From positions 434,001 through 498,000 of the forward strand of contig JAAOMT010000034.1 of the NCBI GenBank assembly GCA_016748015.1: a stretch of DNA of 64,000 nucleotides, given 5' to 3'. Below are positions 1 through 14,199 of the stretch, in pieces. Both the position numbers and the translations under genes were made by a program. How positions within the stretch are numbered: the stretch's first letter is position 1; each line of letters begins with the position of its first letter. The notes beneath the pieces were generated by a model. The model was given only the letters and a program-made list of their open reading frames with translations, was not told the origin of the DNA and made no database searches. Origin of the DNA: Geosiphon pyriformis uo1. Its lineage: Eukaryota; Fungi; Glomeromycota.

Positions 1-3000
1 TTAGTGAAGTCACTCTTGAAGAAAAACCTATTACTGCTATGTACACTGATACCAAAGTTGATGGCCACTCTATCAAACTGATCTTAGACAGTAAATCAGC
101 TGGCAGTATCATCACAAGACAACTCATGAACCAATTAGGTTGTCAAATTGACTGAGCTGCCAGTGCATGAATCATTACTACTGATGGAGTGACCAAAACT
201 CTGATCAGTGAGATTGATAACTTCTCTATAGAAGTCAATAACATCATTGTGCCAATCAAAGTATTAGTCATGGAAGCCACTCAATACCAAGCACTTGTTA
301 GCAATAACTGGTTGTCTAAAACTAATGCAACACTTAATTAGAACATACAGGAGCTTCAACTTAGCTAGAATGATCAACACATATGTGTGGCTACTTCAAG
401 ATTACTACCAATGACAAGCCACTTATTGAATTAGAAGAAAAAAAAAAAACCTATCTGGAAAGTGTACCAAGTTTCCTGGACCAACACCAAATACAACAAG
501 CTACTATCAGTCCTTTCCTGAAACAATAAAGAAAAAGAAAAAGAAGAAGACACACCAGAAGAAGATGTTACTGCAGAGGAAATAACTAGTGGTTGGGAAA
601 GAGAATACTCACATGAGCTGATAAAAAAACCACCATATATTCCCCTAAAATGTAAAGACTATGGCAAGAAACTCTTTTTTATGGAAGCATAAATCATGCC
701 AAACGAAGACTATTGGATGAAAACTTATTATTATTGCAAGCCTTGCTACTGTAAATGCTACAGCTATCCAAAAAGACAAGGCAAGTGGAACAATGAACCA
801 TGTTTTGCTTGTGGAAAACAATTGCTTGACAAAGGAATGTGGAACAACATTCCTAGTTGAGGAGGAACATGTAATACTTTGTGCCAATACACAATCTTTA
901 TCAACAATTGGGTAAGTCATGGTACACCAATAACTGCTGCCTGACATTGAGTGATCTCTTGCTTAAATGGTTACCCATATGACAAAGATAAGATCTGGCA
1001 GATGGCAAATGCCAAAGTTGAAAGAGCCATGCCCAATAAAATATTAAAAATCAAAAATAACCCCCCAGAACCAGTCAACATCATCCTCATCCCAAACCCA
1101 AATGCTTTCCTTGACATAAAGACAGGCCCAGAAGAGTTTCATAAGCACTATCAGAACTTGACACCAACAAGAGAAGAGCAAGAGCAATGGTTGAAAGAAA
1201 TGAACACAAGACTATGTAATTATTGTTTGATTCCATGTGATTTTCAATATTGTAATGAGTCTGATGTCATTTACAATTCACCAATTTGCATGATCTACAT
1301 AATTCCAGAGAAAAACCAACCAATTAACAACTGTGCATCAGAATTGAAATCAATTTTCAATTTCAATTTAAACTCCGACAACAATGATGATAAAAACAAT
1401 GATTCCAGCTCCGTTTAAAATGACAACAGTGATAACCATAATGATTCTAACTTAGATTTAAACTCTGAGCAATACATTGCACTTCCTGATCTTACTAAGA
1501 ATCAAGAACTAAAGTGGTTCAGCAATAATGACGAAAGTATTATGCCAGAACAAGTGCATGATACTAATACTGAGATATCCAGAGAAGGATGCCATCAAAT
1601 TGGAACCACATTTGTGCTGTTACCAGTAGAATTTTAGCCATTAATTAGCATGAAATTACCCTTATAATTCCTATTATTAATTAGCATATATTATTATTAT
1701 TTCGATTATTACTTATTATTTAATCAAATTATCAAATATTATTACTCAATCAATAATCCGATTTGTACTCTAAAAATTAAAATAATCAAATTACACAATA
1801 CTCTGAACCATTTAACATAGTTAAAATTCGCCGAAATTAATGAAAATTCGCCGAAATAATCAATAGTTCAGTGAAATAACTTGTAGTTCACCGAAATGTA
1901 TTTTTAGTTTACCCAAATTATAGCAACAAGAAAAGTGCAAGTTCAAAGACTAGTACTACAACAAGTTGTATAAAAAAAAAGCTTTTCTTTTTAAAAAAAT
2001 GTATCTTCTCATAGTATCTTATTATAGTATTCTACTTTAGATATCTTAATTGAAACAAATTACTTTTTACACATCTTAAATAAAAATTAAATATTCAAAA
2101 ACCAAATCCTTTGATTATTGCACTTGAAATTTCCTCAACACAAATAACATTTTGAAATTGATTAGCTACCAATTTTAATAAACTGTTAGTAACTTCAGGC
2201 TTGGATAGAAAACGCTTTCCTTAATAAAATCCTATTTTTTTTACATTTTTTTTATTTTTCTTTTATTTTCTTATTACAATCATTGGGGGTAGCCTACAGA
2301 TGAGATTCCTGTAGAAGAGTTGACTTTTACAGCAAAGTAACTACACATTCTTAGTGAGCTTTCAGATGAGCAATTCTTGAGAAAGAGTTAATATTTACTA
2401 CAACGTAACTACATAAAAATAACTGGCATGAAATTGGCTATTTTACTTATAAGCCCAGCAGTTTAAATTATAGGAGATAATTTGAAGATAAATTCAGTTA
2501 CTGGAGATCCAACTACTTTCTGAAAATGTGAATTCATAGCAAACCAACATTTAACAACATTCAAGAAAAGAGACCAAAAAACCTCCAGTAACAACACACT
2601 TGTATCAATCTGAAAATAGCACTAAAAATTTCAACAACAACAATGATTCAACTAGTATTTAGGAGTAGTTTAGCAAAAAAAGAAATCAACATCAGAGAAG
2701 GAATAATTGATGCAGGATATATAGAAAATATCATTGCTATGCTGCAAAATGACTCAGAAAAGATCTATATTATAGAGCCAAATGAAAAGATAGCACAGAC
2801 AATATTCCTGCTTCTGGTTAAAATAATTCAACTAGTATTAGTAGGAAACAGAGAAAAATTAGAGATTACAGCTAAAGGGATACAGGGATTTGGATCAATG
2901 GATAGAATAGATATACCAGTTAATATGGCAGAAGAAAAAGTTATTGACAAGGAAAAAATTATCTCTACTTATCAACCAATCTCCATTCTACCATATGATA

Positions 3001-4200
3001 GGTATATGGTCATAATAGAAAGAAAAGTAAAAGATCAGGTTCAGATTTTTGAGGCAGAAGCAAAAATTTGTGAATCAAAAAAAATTGGATTAGTCAATTT
3101 ATACATACCAGCCAAGAATTACAGTCACATTAAAATTCCTATTTACAACAACATGGGAGATATCATTGAGATACCAGAAGAAACCACTATTGGATATTTA
3201 ACCACTGAAATTGAAAATCAACTGCCAGACACCATTCCAGATTTTCTACAATTATGTGAATATGTAAATATTACATCACAAACAATATATAGACAAGAAG
3301 AATGTTATCTGCTCCAACCAGAACAATTGGAACAGATGAACTTGGGAAACTTAAACCCACTTTAATGGATGCAACTTAAGATATTACTCAACAATTTCAA
3401 TGACATCTTTGCCAGTGAAAATGAATTTGGCAGAACCAATATCATCCAACATCAGATCAAGACTGAAGATGCAATGCCAATCAAACAAAAAACATACAGA
3501 GTACCACCCACCAGCCATGAAATCATTTGTCAAAAAATCAATCAGATGCTTGACAATAAGTTAATTCAGTCATCAATAAGCCCATGGTCATTACCAGTGG
3601 TATTAGTCCATAAGAAGGATGAAAAAATCCACTTTTGTGTGGATTATCAGAAACTAAATGGAGTAACAAAAGGAGATAGCTATCCAACTCCAAAGATCTA
3701 AAAACTTTTTAATGCTTTTGGAGGAAAAAAATGGTTTTCAACTTTGGACTTAAACAGTGGTTATTGGCAAGTAGCCATAAAACCAGAGAACAAGAAGAAA
3801 ACAGCTTTTACAACTTGAGAAGGAAACTTTGAATTTGAAGTAATGCCATTTGGCTTGATAAATGCTCCAGCCACATTTCAATGGCTGATGGAATTGTTTA
3901 TATTAGACTGCTATAGAAATCAGTAGTTGTATACTTGGATGACATTAATGTGTTCTCAGAAACATTCAATGATCATCTGCATCATCTTTAACAGGTGTTT
4001 GAAAGACTAAGAAGAGTCAAATTAAAGCTAAATACAACCAAATGTTTCTTTGGAAAAATAGAACTCAAGTTTTTGGGACATATTGTAAGCAAAGACAGTA
4101 TCAAAACAGATCCAGATAAGATTGAGATTGTTAAGAACTTTTCAATACTAACTAATCTTACAGAATTAAGAGCATTCTTAAGATTTGCTAGATACTACCA
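1..4200 (+). pseudogene. pol of element A, 5' part: aspartic protease, Cys-rich domain, dUTPase, reverse transcriptase (many nonsense codons)
   Basis: ILDS(G)S protease motif at ~80. dUTPase motifs RSSL, GIIDAGY, KIAQ, QGFGS in ORF 2643-3365. RT motifs SPWSLPVVLV, FCVDY, MPFGL, VVYLDD (~3930) and FLGHIVS. Confidence 0.92.
1618..2593 (+). mobile_element. solo LTR, family D (copy D1), inserted in the dUTPase of element A
   Basis: Termini TGTTACCAG...CAGTAACA. Four extra bases versus the uninterrupted dUTPase at ~9181 (TSD gtgc/acac). Inverted homologue at 15276-16141. Strand inferred from a TATA-like tgtataaaa at ~1967. Confidence 0.88.
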
Positions 4201-4204
4201 CTGC

Positions 4205-5041
4205 TGTTACTCATAGAACATAAAAAGTATATTAGCACATAAATTAGCCAATCAGAAATAACTGTAGTAAATGTGGAATTCTAGGATTTCTTTTAAGAGG
4301 AATTATAGGATTCCAGGAATTTCAAGATTCTTATACAAGAAATTGCAAGATTTCTTTCAAAAAAGATTGCAGAATTTCTGGAATTCCAGAATTTCTGGTG
4401 TGAAGAATTGAGGAATTGAGGAATCTCAATTATGTATATATAACAGTAGTGTTAGAAGTAGAAAAGACAGATCTCTCAGTTTAGATTTAATCTAAGCAAT
4501 TTTTCACATCGAAAATATCAATAAATAATTATTTACTATCTCAATCCACTCTTCACTATTAACACTTCATGTTGATAATAATTCATACTCAACCATACTG
4601 GAACAATAGCTTTTAATTATGGCTATTGACAGGATACTAACTTGAAAAAATTTCCTTGGCTTATTTTTTTATTTGCTTTATTTTTTTTATTTTCTATTGT
4701 TATTTTTTTTGTTGTTTACTAAATTGATTAAAAATTAAGCACTGAATTATTAATGTTAAGGATTGCCTAATAAAAGACCCCTGCAAGTGGGTAAAGCACA
4801 TACAAAAATTATGGATTACTTACCAGAGGATTGCTGGCCACCAAGCCGAGAAAAAAATTGATAGAATTGCAATTCCAGGAGGCTACTGAAAACCACTATT
4901 AAATCTCTGTCCATTATACAAAAAACTCAACCAAAACCTTCAGATACAAACCACCTTTAGTAATTAATATTTTTATATCAATTGAGCACCAAGTTATAAG
5001 TTTGTTATTTGCTTTGAGACTCCAAATAATCATCTGTAACA
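4205..5041 (+). repeat. 5' LTR of element B
   Basis: TGTTAC...GTAACA termini; direct repeat of 17134-17964. Contains a CCAAT box (~4248), a degenerate ggaattcca/ggattc repeat array (~4275-4420) and TATATA (~4435). Confidence 0.95.
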
Positions 5042-5043
5042 TT

Positions 5044-5060
5044 TGGTGCTCTCTGTGAGG
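5044..5060 (+). promoter_or_regulatory. primer-binding site, probably elongator tRNA-Met
   Basis: TGGTGCTCTCTGTGAGG 2 nt after the LTR. It resembles the complement of eukaryotic elongator tRNA-Met 3' ends (TGGTGCCCCGTGTGAGG type). tRNA identity is inferred. Confidence 0.75.
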
Positions 5061-8000
5061 TATAATCCTATAGAGAACCAGCACTATTAACAATCATTCA
5101 AAAGTGGCAGAATCAGAAATCATAGGGACAAATCATTTAGGATTTGTCAAATCTTTATTTCAACAGTACAGCCAACAATTGGGCTTAACCAATAACCATT
5201 ATTTAGCAGAATCAGCCTTCAACTTTTATGTCAATGAGAGAATCATGGACTTTCTAGGAAAACCAGTTGACATTGAATCAGCAAGAAAAAATTTTTATAT
5301 AGAATTAATCTAACATATTAACTTACCACGGAATTACAGTTTCACTTCAATTATTAAAAAAATTAATCAAGAAATTGAAAGATACACTCAACAACAATTT
5401 CCCATTATCTATACAAATAAGAGTAAAGGAAAATTACAAACACCAGCAGTAACACCAAGAGGAATACAATTACCAACATAGAAAAAACAAAGAATTGAAT
5501 CTCTACTATATTCATTATACCATCACACACCCAGTAGTATTATCAACATTACATCAACAGACACATCCACATAAAATATAACATCAACATTTGGATAACT
5601 TTTATTTTAAAGTAAACAAAAGAAAGTAAAATTATTAGAAACTTACAGCGATTACTTTGAAAGATTTAAATTACAATCTCCAATGCCATCAAGATTTCAA
5701 TCACCACCACCTCAACCAGATTTTGAAACTGCAAGTCTCTAAAAGATAATGGCATCAGAAAAAAAGGAAGAAGAGGATCAAAAATTTAATTATCAAAATC
5801 TAATCACAGAAAATTCAGAAATTGAAACTTCAAACTTTCAAACTCCTCAAAATTCAAACAATACAAACCCCAAAACAATTAATCAGCAAAACTTACTTCT
5901 AGTAATCATTATCAATCAACCACCAATTGAACTGATTATTGAACTGATTTAACAGCAGCCACTTCAACCATTCCAACAACCACAACAGCCACTTCAACAG
6001 CCATAACAACAACTTCAATAACCACCACAACAACAAATCATAGCATCAATGGCATATGCTCCTATCACCAAACTAGAGAAATTCACCAGTGAAAAGGATG
6101 ACACCCAGGTATGGCTGAATGACGTGGAAAAAGCCATCACAGCTAACAGATAGGATAACATCAGAGTCATGCAAGCCATTCCTTATTTTCTCCAAGATAC
6201 TGCCAACTTATAGTATCAAAGCTTAGCCAATAAACCACAGGATTTTAATACATTTAAGCTTGTATTCTTACAATATTTCAGCAATAATAATAGTATCAAT
6301 CACCTAACAAATATCTTCACTACCATCAAATAAGGAGAAAATAAAGCAGTTACTACTTACTTAGGATGCTTTCACAGAAATCTGCTCTAAATTCAAGCCA
6401 TACAGGCTGATTATTTTACAGTACCACAAATTCTGAATCAATTCATTAAAGGACTGCACAATAGTATCCTCCAGTGCATATACCCAATGTATTCAGTAGA
6501 TCTTCAAGTCACAGTTACAAATGCCAGAAATTTTGAAGCAGCTGAACTCGAAGTGAACTACACCCAAGCCATAAATCTAGTGATAAATGGATTATTTAAC
6601 TTGGATTCTAAATTGAAGCAACTTAGTGATTCAATTAATCAGAAATTAGAGAGATACTTAGCTGACAATCATGCAATTTATCAACCACCACAATAATGCA
6701 ATAACTCAGGAAATGCAAATTGTTTCCAAAATCAATCATGTTTATCATCATCATTATCCAACCAGCTGTGGCAGCCAGAAACACGAGTCTGCCACAACTG
6801 TGGTAAACAAGATTACATTAGAGCTAACTGTCATTCTTATAGTAATCTATGATCAGAAAATCAATACCAAAACTCTGATTGCAGAGTTCAAATCCTGAAT
6901 CAGTACACAAATCAAGAACAATATCAGTCCACTTACTTGCTAATAATACAACAGGCAATATATTAACCACCTGTATATTAACCTCCAGTTTATCAACCAC
7001 AGTCACAAGTAATATATCAACCACTGCAGCCACAAATAATTTATCAGACATCTGCAGTTCAAACACCACCATCAAACCCAGCTCAGATGATATTAGGAAA
7101 CTCTAAATTAAGAATTACGCAAAATTGAAGATTGGCAATGGTTGTTCACCAATCAATCCCCAGCTCCTCCATGCAACAATTAAGATTACATTCTTAGAAT
7201 TCAAGAACTGAGCATGCCCAAAACCCAAACTTCCAACACTATTTAAGTTTCTTGATTACCCCAGAAGACACTTTACCCAATAATTCAGAACCCAACCAAC
7301 AACCAACACTTACCAATAATATTCCATCCACTACCAGCACTAAAGATGAAACCCTTGCTGCCATATTTCTCTTTGAACTCGAAAAAATGACCCCAGTTTT
7401 ATTATTTAGTGGAGCTGCATTGGACACCAAACTCATAACCATGATGTACACTGATGCCAAAGTGAATGGACATTCCATTAAATTAATCTTAAATAGTAGA
7501 TTAGTTGGCAGTATTATCACAAGACAACTCATGAACCAATTAGATTACCGAGTTGATCGCACTGTCAGCACTTGCATAATTACTGCAGATAGGACAACCA
7601 AAACCCTTATTGGTGAAATTAATGATTTTCCTTTTAAAATCAATAGTATCATTATTCTCATTAAAATCCTAGTAATAAAAGCAACTCAATATCAGGCATT
7701 AATAGGAAATAACTGGTTATCTAAAACCAACACCATACTTGACTGGACAATGCAGGAGCTTCAACTTAGCCAAAACAGCCAACACACATGAGTACCAGCC
7801 ACGTGTGGTCACTTCAAAACCAACAACCCACCAGTACTACTTATTGACTTTGAGGAAAAAGAAGAGAAACCAACTTGGGAAGTGTATCAAGTCTTATGGA
7901 CTGACAACAACCACAATGAACTACTACTCATACTTTCTTGGGATGACAACAGGAAAGGAAAACAATGAGAAGAACTTATTTGGAATACTGATCAAACATA

Positions 8001-11000
8001 GAGAATTGATAATAACTGAGACGAACTGTCAACCTGGGAGTGGGAAGAGGACAACAAAAGAAAGAGAAAGAAGAAAGAAGAAGAAAACATAACTGAAGAA
8101 GCCACCAACACCAAAGAAATAAACAATGGCTGGACAAATTCATACTCAATCCACGAGCCACTGCCACAACCACCATATATACCTCTCAAATGCAAAGACT
8201 GTGAAAAAAAACTTTCTTTCATGGGAGCTTGGGTGGTGTCAAACAAAGACTACTGGACATGCACACATTATTACTGTAAACCATATCATAGAAAATGATA
8301 TAAGTACCCAAAATGTCAAGAAAAGTAGGACAACAAACCATGTTTCACTTACAGCAAATAGTTGCTTGACAAAGGAATATGGAATAATATTCTTGGGCAA
8401 GGAGAAACATGCAATACTTCATGCTAATATATGATTCTCATTAGCAACTGGGTGAGTCATAAAATGCTTATTACTGCAGTTTGGCACCAAGCAATCAATT
8501 GCTTGAATGGGTATCCACATGATGAGGATAAAATCTGGCATATAGCCAATGTCAAAGTCGAAGAAGCCATGCTCAGCAAAATCTTAGAGATCAAAAACAA
8601 CTTACCAAGACCAATCGACATTGTTTTGACCCCCAATCCAGAAACATTCCTAGATATTGAAACAGATCCAGAAGAATTTCATGAATATTATCAAAACTTA
8701 GCACTCACTAGAGAAGAGTAAAAGCAATGCTTAGAACAGTTAAACACTAGACTGTGTTAACACTGCCTAATTCCCTATGACTTTCAATATTGTAATGAGT
8801 GTGACTTTATTTACAATCCACCAATTCACATAATCTACACAATTTCAGAGGAGAAAAAACCAATCAGCAGCTGTGCATTGAAACCAGAATCAAATTTTAA
8901 TTCCAATTCAAACTTTAACAATGATAACAATAAAAACAATGATTCCAGCTCCATTCCATATAGTAATAACAATAACAACAATTTAGACTCAGATTTAAAC
9001 TTCAATTTAAACCACAAACAATATATTGTGCTCCCTGATCTTACCAAGAAGCAAGAACTAAAATGATTTAGTGATAATAATAAAGGTATTATGCCAGAAC
9101 ATGTGCATAATACTGACGCAGAGTTTGATCTGAGATATTTGAGATATCTGAGAAAAAATCCCATCAAATTGGAATCCTATTTGTGCACCTGCATTGATCT
9201 CAAAATAGCACTAAAAATTCCAGCAACAACAATGGTTCAGTTAGTATCTAGGAGTAGTTTACCCAAAAAAAGAATCAACATCAAAGAAAGAATAATTGAT
9301 GCAGAATATGTAGAAAATATTATTGCTATACTACAAAATGACTCAGAAAAAGCATATATTATAGATCCAAACAAAAAGATAGCACAGGCAATATTCCTGC
9401 CTCTGGTTAAAATAGCTCAATTAGTATTAGTAAGAAATAAAGAAAAATTAAGGATTACAGTTAAAAGGATACAGAGATTCAGATTAACAGATAGAATAGA
9501 TGTACCAGTTAATATGGCAGAGAAAAAAATTGTTAACAAGAGAGAAATTATCTTCACTCATCAATCAATCTCCATTCCACCATATAATCAGTATATGGTA
9601 ATCATAGAGAGAAAAGTGAAGGATCAGGTTTAAATTTTTGAGGCAGAAGCAACACTTTGTGAATCAGGAGAAATTGGATTAGTCAATTTATACATACCAG
9701 GCAAGAACTATGATCACATAAAAATTTCTATCTATAATAACACAGAAAATGTTATTAGAATACCAGAAAGAACAACTATTGGATATTTAATCACCAAAAT
9801 TGAAAACCAACTGCTGGACATCATTTCAGACTTTCCACAACTTTGTGGATATATGGATATTACATCATAAACAATATATGAACGAAATGAATATTATTTG
9901 TTCCAATCAGAACAATTAGAACAAATAAACATGGGAAACTTAGATTTACTATAATGTATGCAGCTCAAAATGTTACTCAACAATTTCAATGACATTTTTG
10001 CCAGCAAAAACGAATTTGACAGAACTGACATCATCCAACATCAAATCAAGACTGGAGATACAATACTAATTAAATAAAGAGCATACAGAATACCATTAGC
10101 TAGCCATGAGATTATTTGTTAAGAAATCAATTGGATGTTTGATAATGGACTAATTCAGCCATTAATGAGTCCATGATTATTACCAGTGGTATTAGTCCAT
10201 AAGAAAAATGGAAAATTTCGTTTTTGTGTGGATTACTGGAAACTAAATAGAATAACAAAAAGAAACAGCTATCCAACTCCAAAGATCCAAGAACTTTTCA
10301 ATGTTTTTGGAGGAAAAAAATGGTTTTCAATATTAGATTTAGACAATGATTACTGACAAGTAGCCATGAAACCAAAAAACAAAAAGAAAATGGCTTTTAC
10401 AATTCAAGAAGAAAACTTTGAATTTGAAGTAATGCTATTTGGCTTGATGAATGCTCTAGCCACTTTCCAGCAACTTATGGAAATCAGTAGTCATATACTT
10501 GAATAACACCAATGTGTTTTCAAAAACATTTGATGATCATTTGCATCATCTCCAACAAGTGTTTAAAAAACTGAAAAGAGCCAGATTAAGCTAAATGCAA
10601 CCAAATGTTTCTTTAAAAAAACTGAACTCAAGTTTTTGGAACATGTTGTAAGCAAAAATGGAATCAAAACGGATCCAGACAAGATTGAGATTGTTAAGAA
10701 CTTTTCAGTACCAAATAATCTCACAGAATTGAAAACATTCTTGGAATTTGCTGGATACTACCACCACTTTATCAAGAACTTTTCCAAAATAACTTAACCA
10801 CTACACCAACTCCAAACAAAGAACACCAAATATGAATGGACAAAAATTCAGCAAGAAGCTTTTAATACATTAAGAAAAAAGCTTATTCAAGCTTTAGTAC
10901 TAATCTATCTGGATTATAGCAAGCCATTCATAATTACAACTAATGTATCTGGTCAAACATTGGAAGCAGTATTATCTCAGAAAGAACCAAATGGATAAGA

Positions 11001-12094
11001 ACATCCAGTAGCTTATGTTAGTAGAAGCTTAAATCCAGCTGAAAAGAACTATAGAACTTCAGCACTAGAATACTTAGCTATCTATTAGGCTGTCATCAAA
11101 TGGAAAAAATACTTGAGTTAAAAGTTTGATGTATACACTGACCACAAAAGATTGACTTTAATCCAGAAACAAAAATTTGGAGATGATTGCCATGTTAGAT
11201 AGAAAATAAAACTTTCACCATTTAATTATACAGTGCATTACAAAAAAGAAAAAAAAAATGGAAATGCTGACAGTTTGTTGCAAATAAGACAAATCTAAAA
11301 ACATATCAACCCAAAAATATAACAAAACATAAATATACAAAAATACCAACAACTTCAACATTATATAAATATCCAATTGTTCAAAGAGAAATTATCTTAA
11401 AAAGAACAAAACAACATAAAACAACAATCAAAATATTTTATCAATTATCAAAATATACTTTACCAAAAAAACAGAAAGAATCCAGATCAACCAACCAGAG
11501 TAATCATGGGACCAAAGAAAGAGACAATATTGTTCAACATGCACTCAAATCCAACAGCAGGACATTTCCATAAAGAAGTAACCATAGAAAAAACCAGGAA
11601 AAGATACTATTGGCCATCTATGTATCCAGATATCATTTAATATGTTCAAAAGTGTGATGCTTGTCAAAGAAGAAAAGGAACAAAACCCAGTGAACCATTG
11701 AGACCAATCAAAGTGAGACAACCATTCAATCACATTGAAATTGATTTAGTCAGACCATTAACAATCACCAGTAGAGACAACAGATATATTGCAGTAGTCA
11801 TGGACTATCTCACAAAATGGCCAAAAGCAAAAGCCATTCAAAGAGCAGATGCAGAATCTATTGCTGAATTCATCCATCAAGATTTGATTTGTTGACATGA
11901 ATGTTCAAAAGAACTACTATCAGATCAAGGAACTCACTTTGTGAATAGAACACTGACAAAATTAAGTCAAAGATTTGAAATAAAAAGACCATTATTATTA
12001 CCATATTGTTATGTTTAAAACTTATACTTCTTATTAATTATCACATGTATTAGCCATTGATGTCATATAAATTAGCCACACTATTTTTAGATAG

Positions 12095-12214
12095 TGATTA
12101 TTGATCTGATCAATAACCTGACCATTAACTTGATTATTAATCTGATCAATGACCTGATCATTGACCTAACTATTAACCTAATTATTGACCTAGTCATTGA
12201 CCTGATCATTGACC
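12095..12214. repeat. tandem array, 10 x 12 bp (consensus TGATCATTGACC), in the 5' LTR of C
   Basis: Units counted directly; only 2 units at the same site in the 3' LTR (14297-14320). Confidence 0.9.
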
Positions 12215-12328
12215 ACTTTTAACAGCTATATAAGCAATGAATCTCTTAGCTGTAGAAAAAACATGTTCAAAATAATCAAGAATAAATAAAATAACAACTT
12301 TTATTTCAATCATTCTCTTATCACTAAT

Positions 12329-13520
12329 CAAATTTCTATTTGATCTGTCAGAACCAATTATACAAAAAAAACAGAAAAAATCTTGACCACCCCCAGAGAG
12401 TCATCAGATTTAAAGAAAGAGAAATTGTAATATACAACATATACACTGACCCATTAACTGGACATTTTAAAAAAACAAAGACAATTCAAAAAACTTTAGC
12501 TCACTATTATTGGCCTATCTTGGGAAAAGATATTGCTAAATACATCAAAATCTGTGACATCTGTCAAAGAAGAAGCAAACCCAATCACCAAAAAAATATC
12601 CATCCAATCTCTGTTGGTCAACCATTTGACAGAATTGGTATAGATGTTGTTGGACCTTTAACAATAACTCCTGATAACAATAGATATATTATTACAGCTA
12701 CTGACTATCTTACAAAATAGATAAAAGCAAAAGCCACTCCAGACTAAACAGCAGTCTCAATAGCCAATTTCATTTATGAAGATATTATTTGCTGTTATGA
12801 CTGCCCCAAAGAACTTTTATCTGATAGAGAAAAAGCTTTTCTCAGTACACTGGTTGAAGAACTTTGTAGAAAAATGGGAATACATTATAAACTTTTTTCC
12901 CCTTATTACCTCCAAACAAATGGCCTAGTAAAATGTTTTAATAGAACACTATATAAAACTCTAGCCAAAACCAGTGAAGAAACAAACTTATAAGACAAAG
13001 TACTGCTTTCAGCTTTGTTTGCTTATAGAACTATAAATCATGACATAACAAGTTATAAATCTTTCTATTTGCTCTATGGATGCATGACAATATTACCAAT
13101 AGAAACTAACATTGAAACAATATTTTTTGAAGAGATCACAATAGGAAATTACAAAAACATTTTGCAAAAAAGACTTGGTATCATTTTTGACTCCTTGGTA
13201 GAAACACGAATAATTGCTTTTGAAAAGATAAAACAGTTTCAAGAAAAGCTTAAGAAAAAGAAAACCTATAAAACACTTTCTTTAAGTGTTGGTGACTTGG
13301 TACTAGAATACTATTTTAACAAAGACAATGTTTATGGTAATAAGTTCTCTAGCCAATGAAAAGGATTCTTTATAGTCAAAAAAGTTTTGAACAATGGTTC
13401 TTATATTCTTTAAGATCAATCCAGAACAATTTTTAATGATCATTCTGTTCATGATACACGACTCAAAAAATATTATAAATGATCTGATTGGCTGTCTGTT
13501 GTGGTAATACTAACTCAAAT
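12329..13520 (+). pseudogene. integrase of element C
   Basis: GHF...YYWP...CDICQ zinc finger, PFDRIGIDVVGP, DYLTK, PQTNGLV and LFAYRT motifs. End coordinate approximate. Confidence 0.88.
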
Positions 13521-13582
13521 GATCAGCAAAATCAAGTATAAATAAATACATCATTTCCAAAACAGAGGTATTTTCAATTGAC

Positions 13583-14199
13583 ATGAACAATTATTTTCTG
13601 GATCAAAACATTCAAAACACTTTCTATACTCTTTATGAGTATTGGATCAAAAACTATCCAAATGCTACTCTGACTATTGAAAAACAAATCATCATAATTG
13701 ATAACAGTGAAACACATACTGTTATTAAACCAAAGAAAACTACTACTAAAAGAGAAAGAATTGGTAGTAAAATGAATAAATATCTGTTGGAAAGTATAAC
13801 AGCAGCTATAATCTTACCTTCCAATACAATTGGAAAAACACTCCAAAAAATCTTATCTATAGACAAAAACTTGTCATATAGAAGGCAATTAAAACTTTAT
13901 GGTCACCTTGGTGAAATCATAGAGAATATGAAACTCATAAAAAAAACAACTTCAGAGATACAGACAGAAATTTTGGGCATTATATAGTTAGATGTCTCCA
14001 GAGTTTTAACTATTGCTAAAAGAGCCAAAACTCTAATACAAAGATTTGGTCTCTTGGATACAAAACTTATTTCACTTCAAGTGTTATATATCTTATCCAC
14101 AAAAGACTTCAACAAACTAGTTAGTTCTGAGTTAGATAAAACTCTTCAAATAGATTATCTCATAAATAGCTTGATTTTGCTGAAGCTCAATCTCTTTAG
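13583..14199 (+). pseudogene. extra ORF3 of element C (unknown function)
   Basis: ORFs 13583 and 14054 are in frame across one TAG. It lies between integrase and PPT and ends, after a likely frameshift, in DFAEAQSL*. Confidence 0.7.

Noticed and set aside
645-947. Short antisense or off-frame ORFs over the gypsy elements (e.g. 645-947, 6824-7075, 6879-7106, 7976-8246, 16298-16780, 19010-19613)
   Set aside because: Shadows of decayed gag-pol/ORF3 frames; no independent motifs.
12095-12214. Regular repeat array as a possible CRISPR
   Set aside because: Contiguous 12-bp units with no spacers, inside an LTR of a eukaryotic genome; no cas genes.
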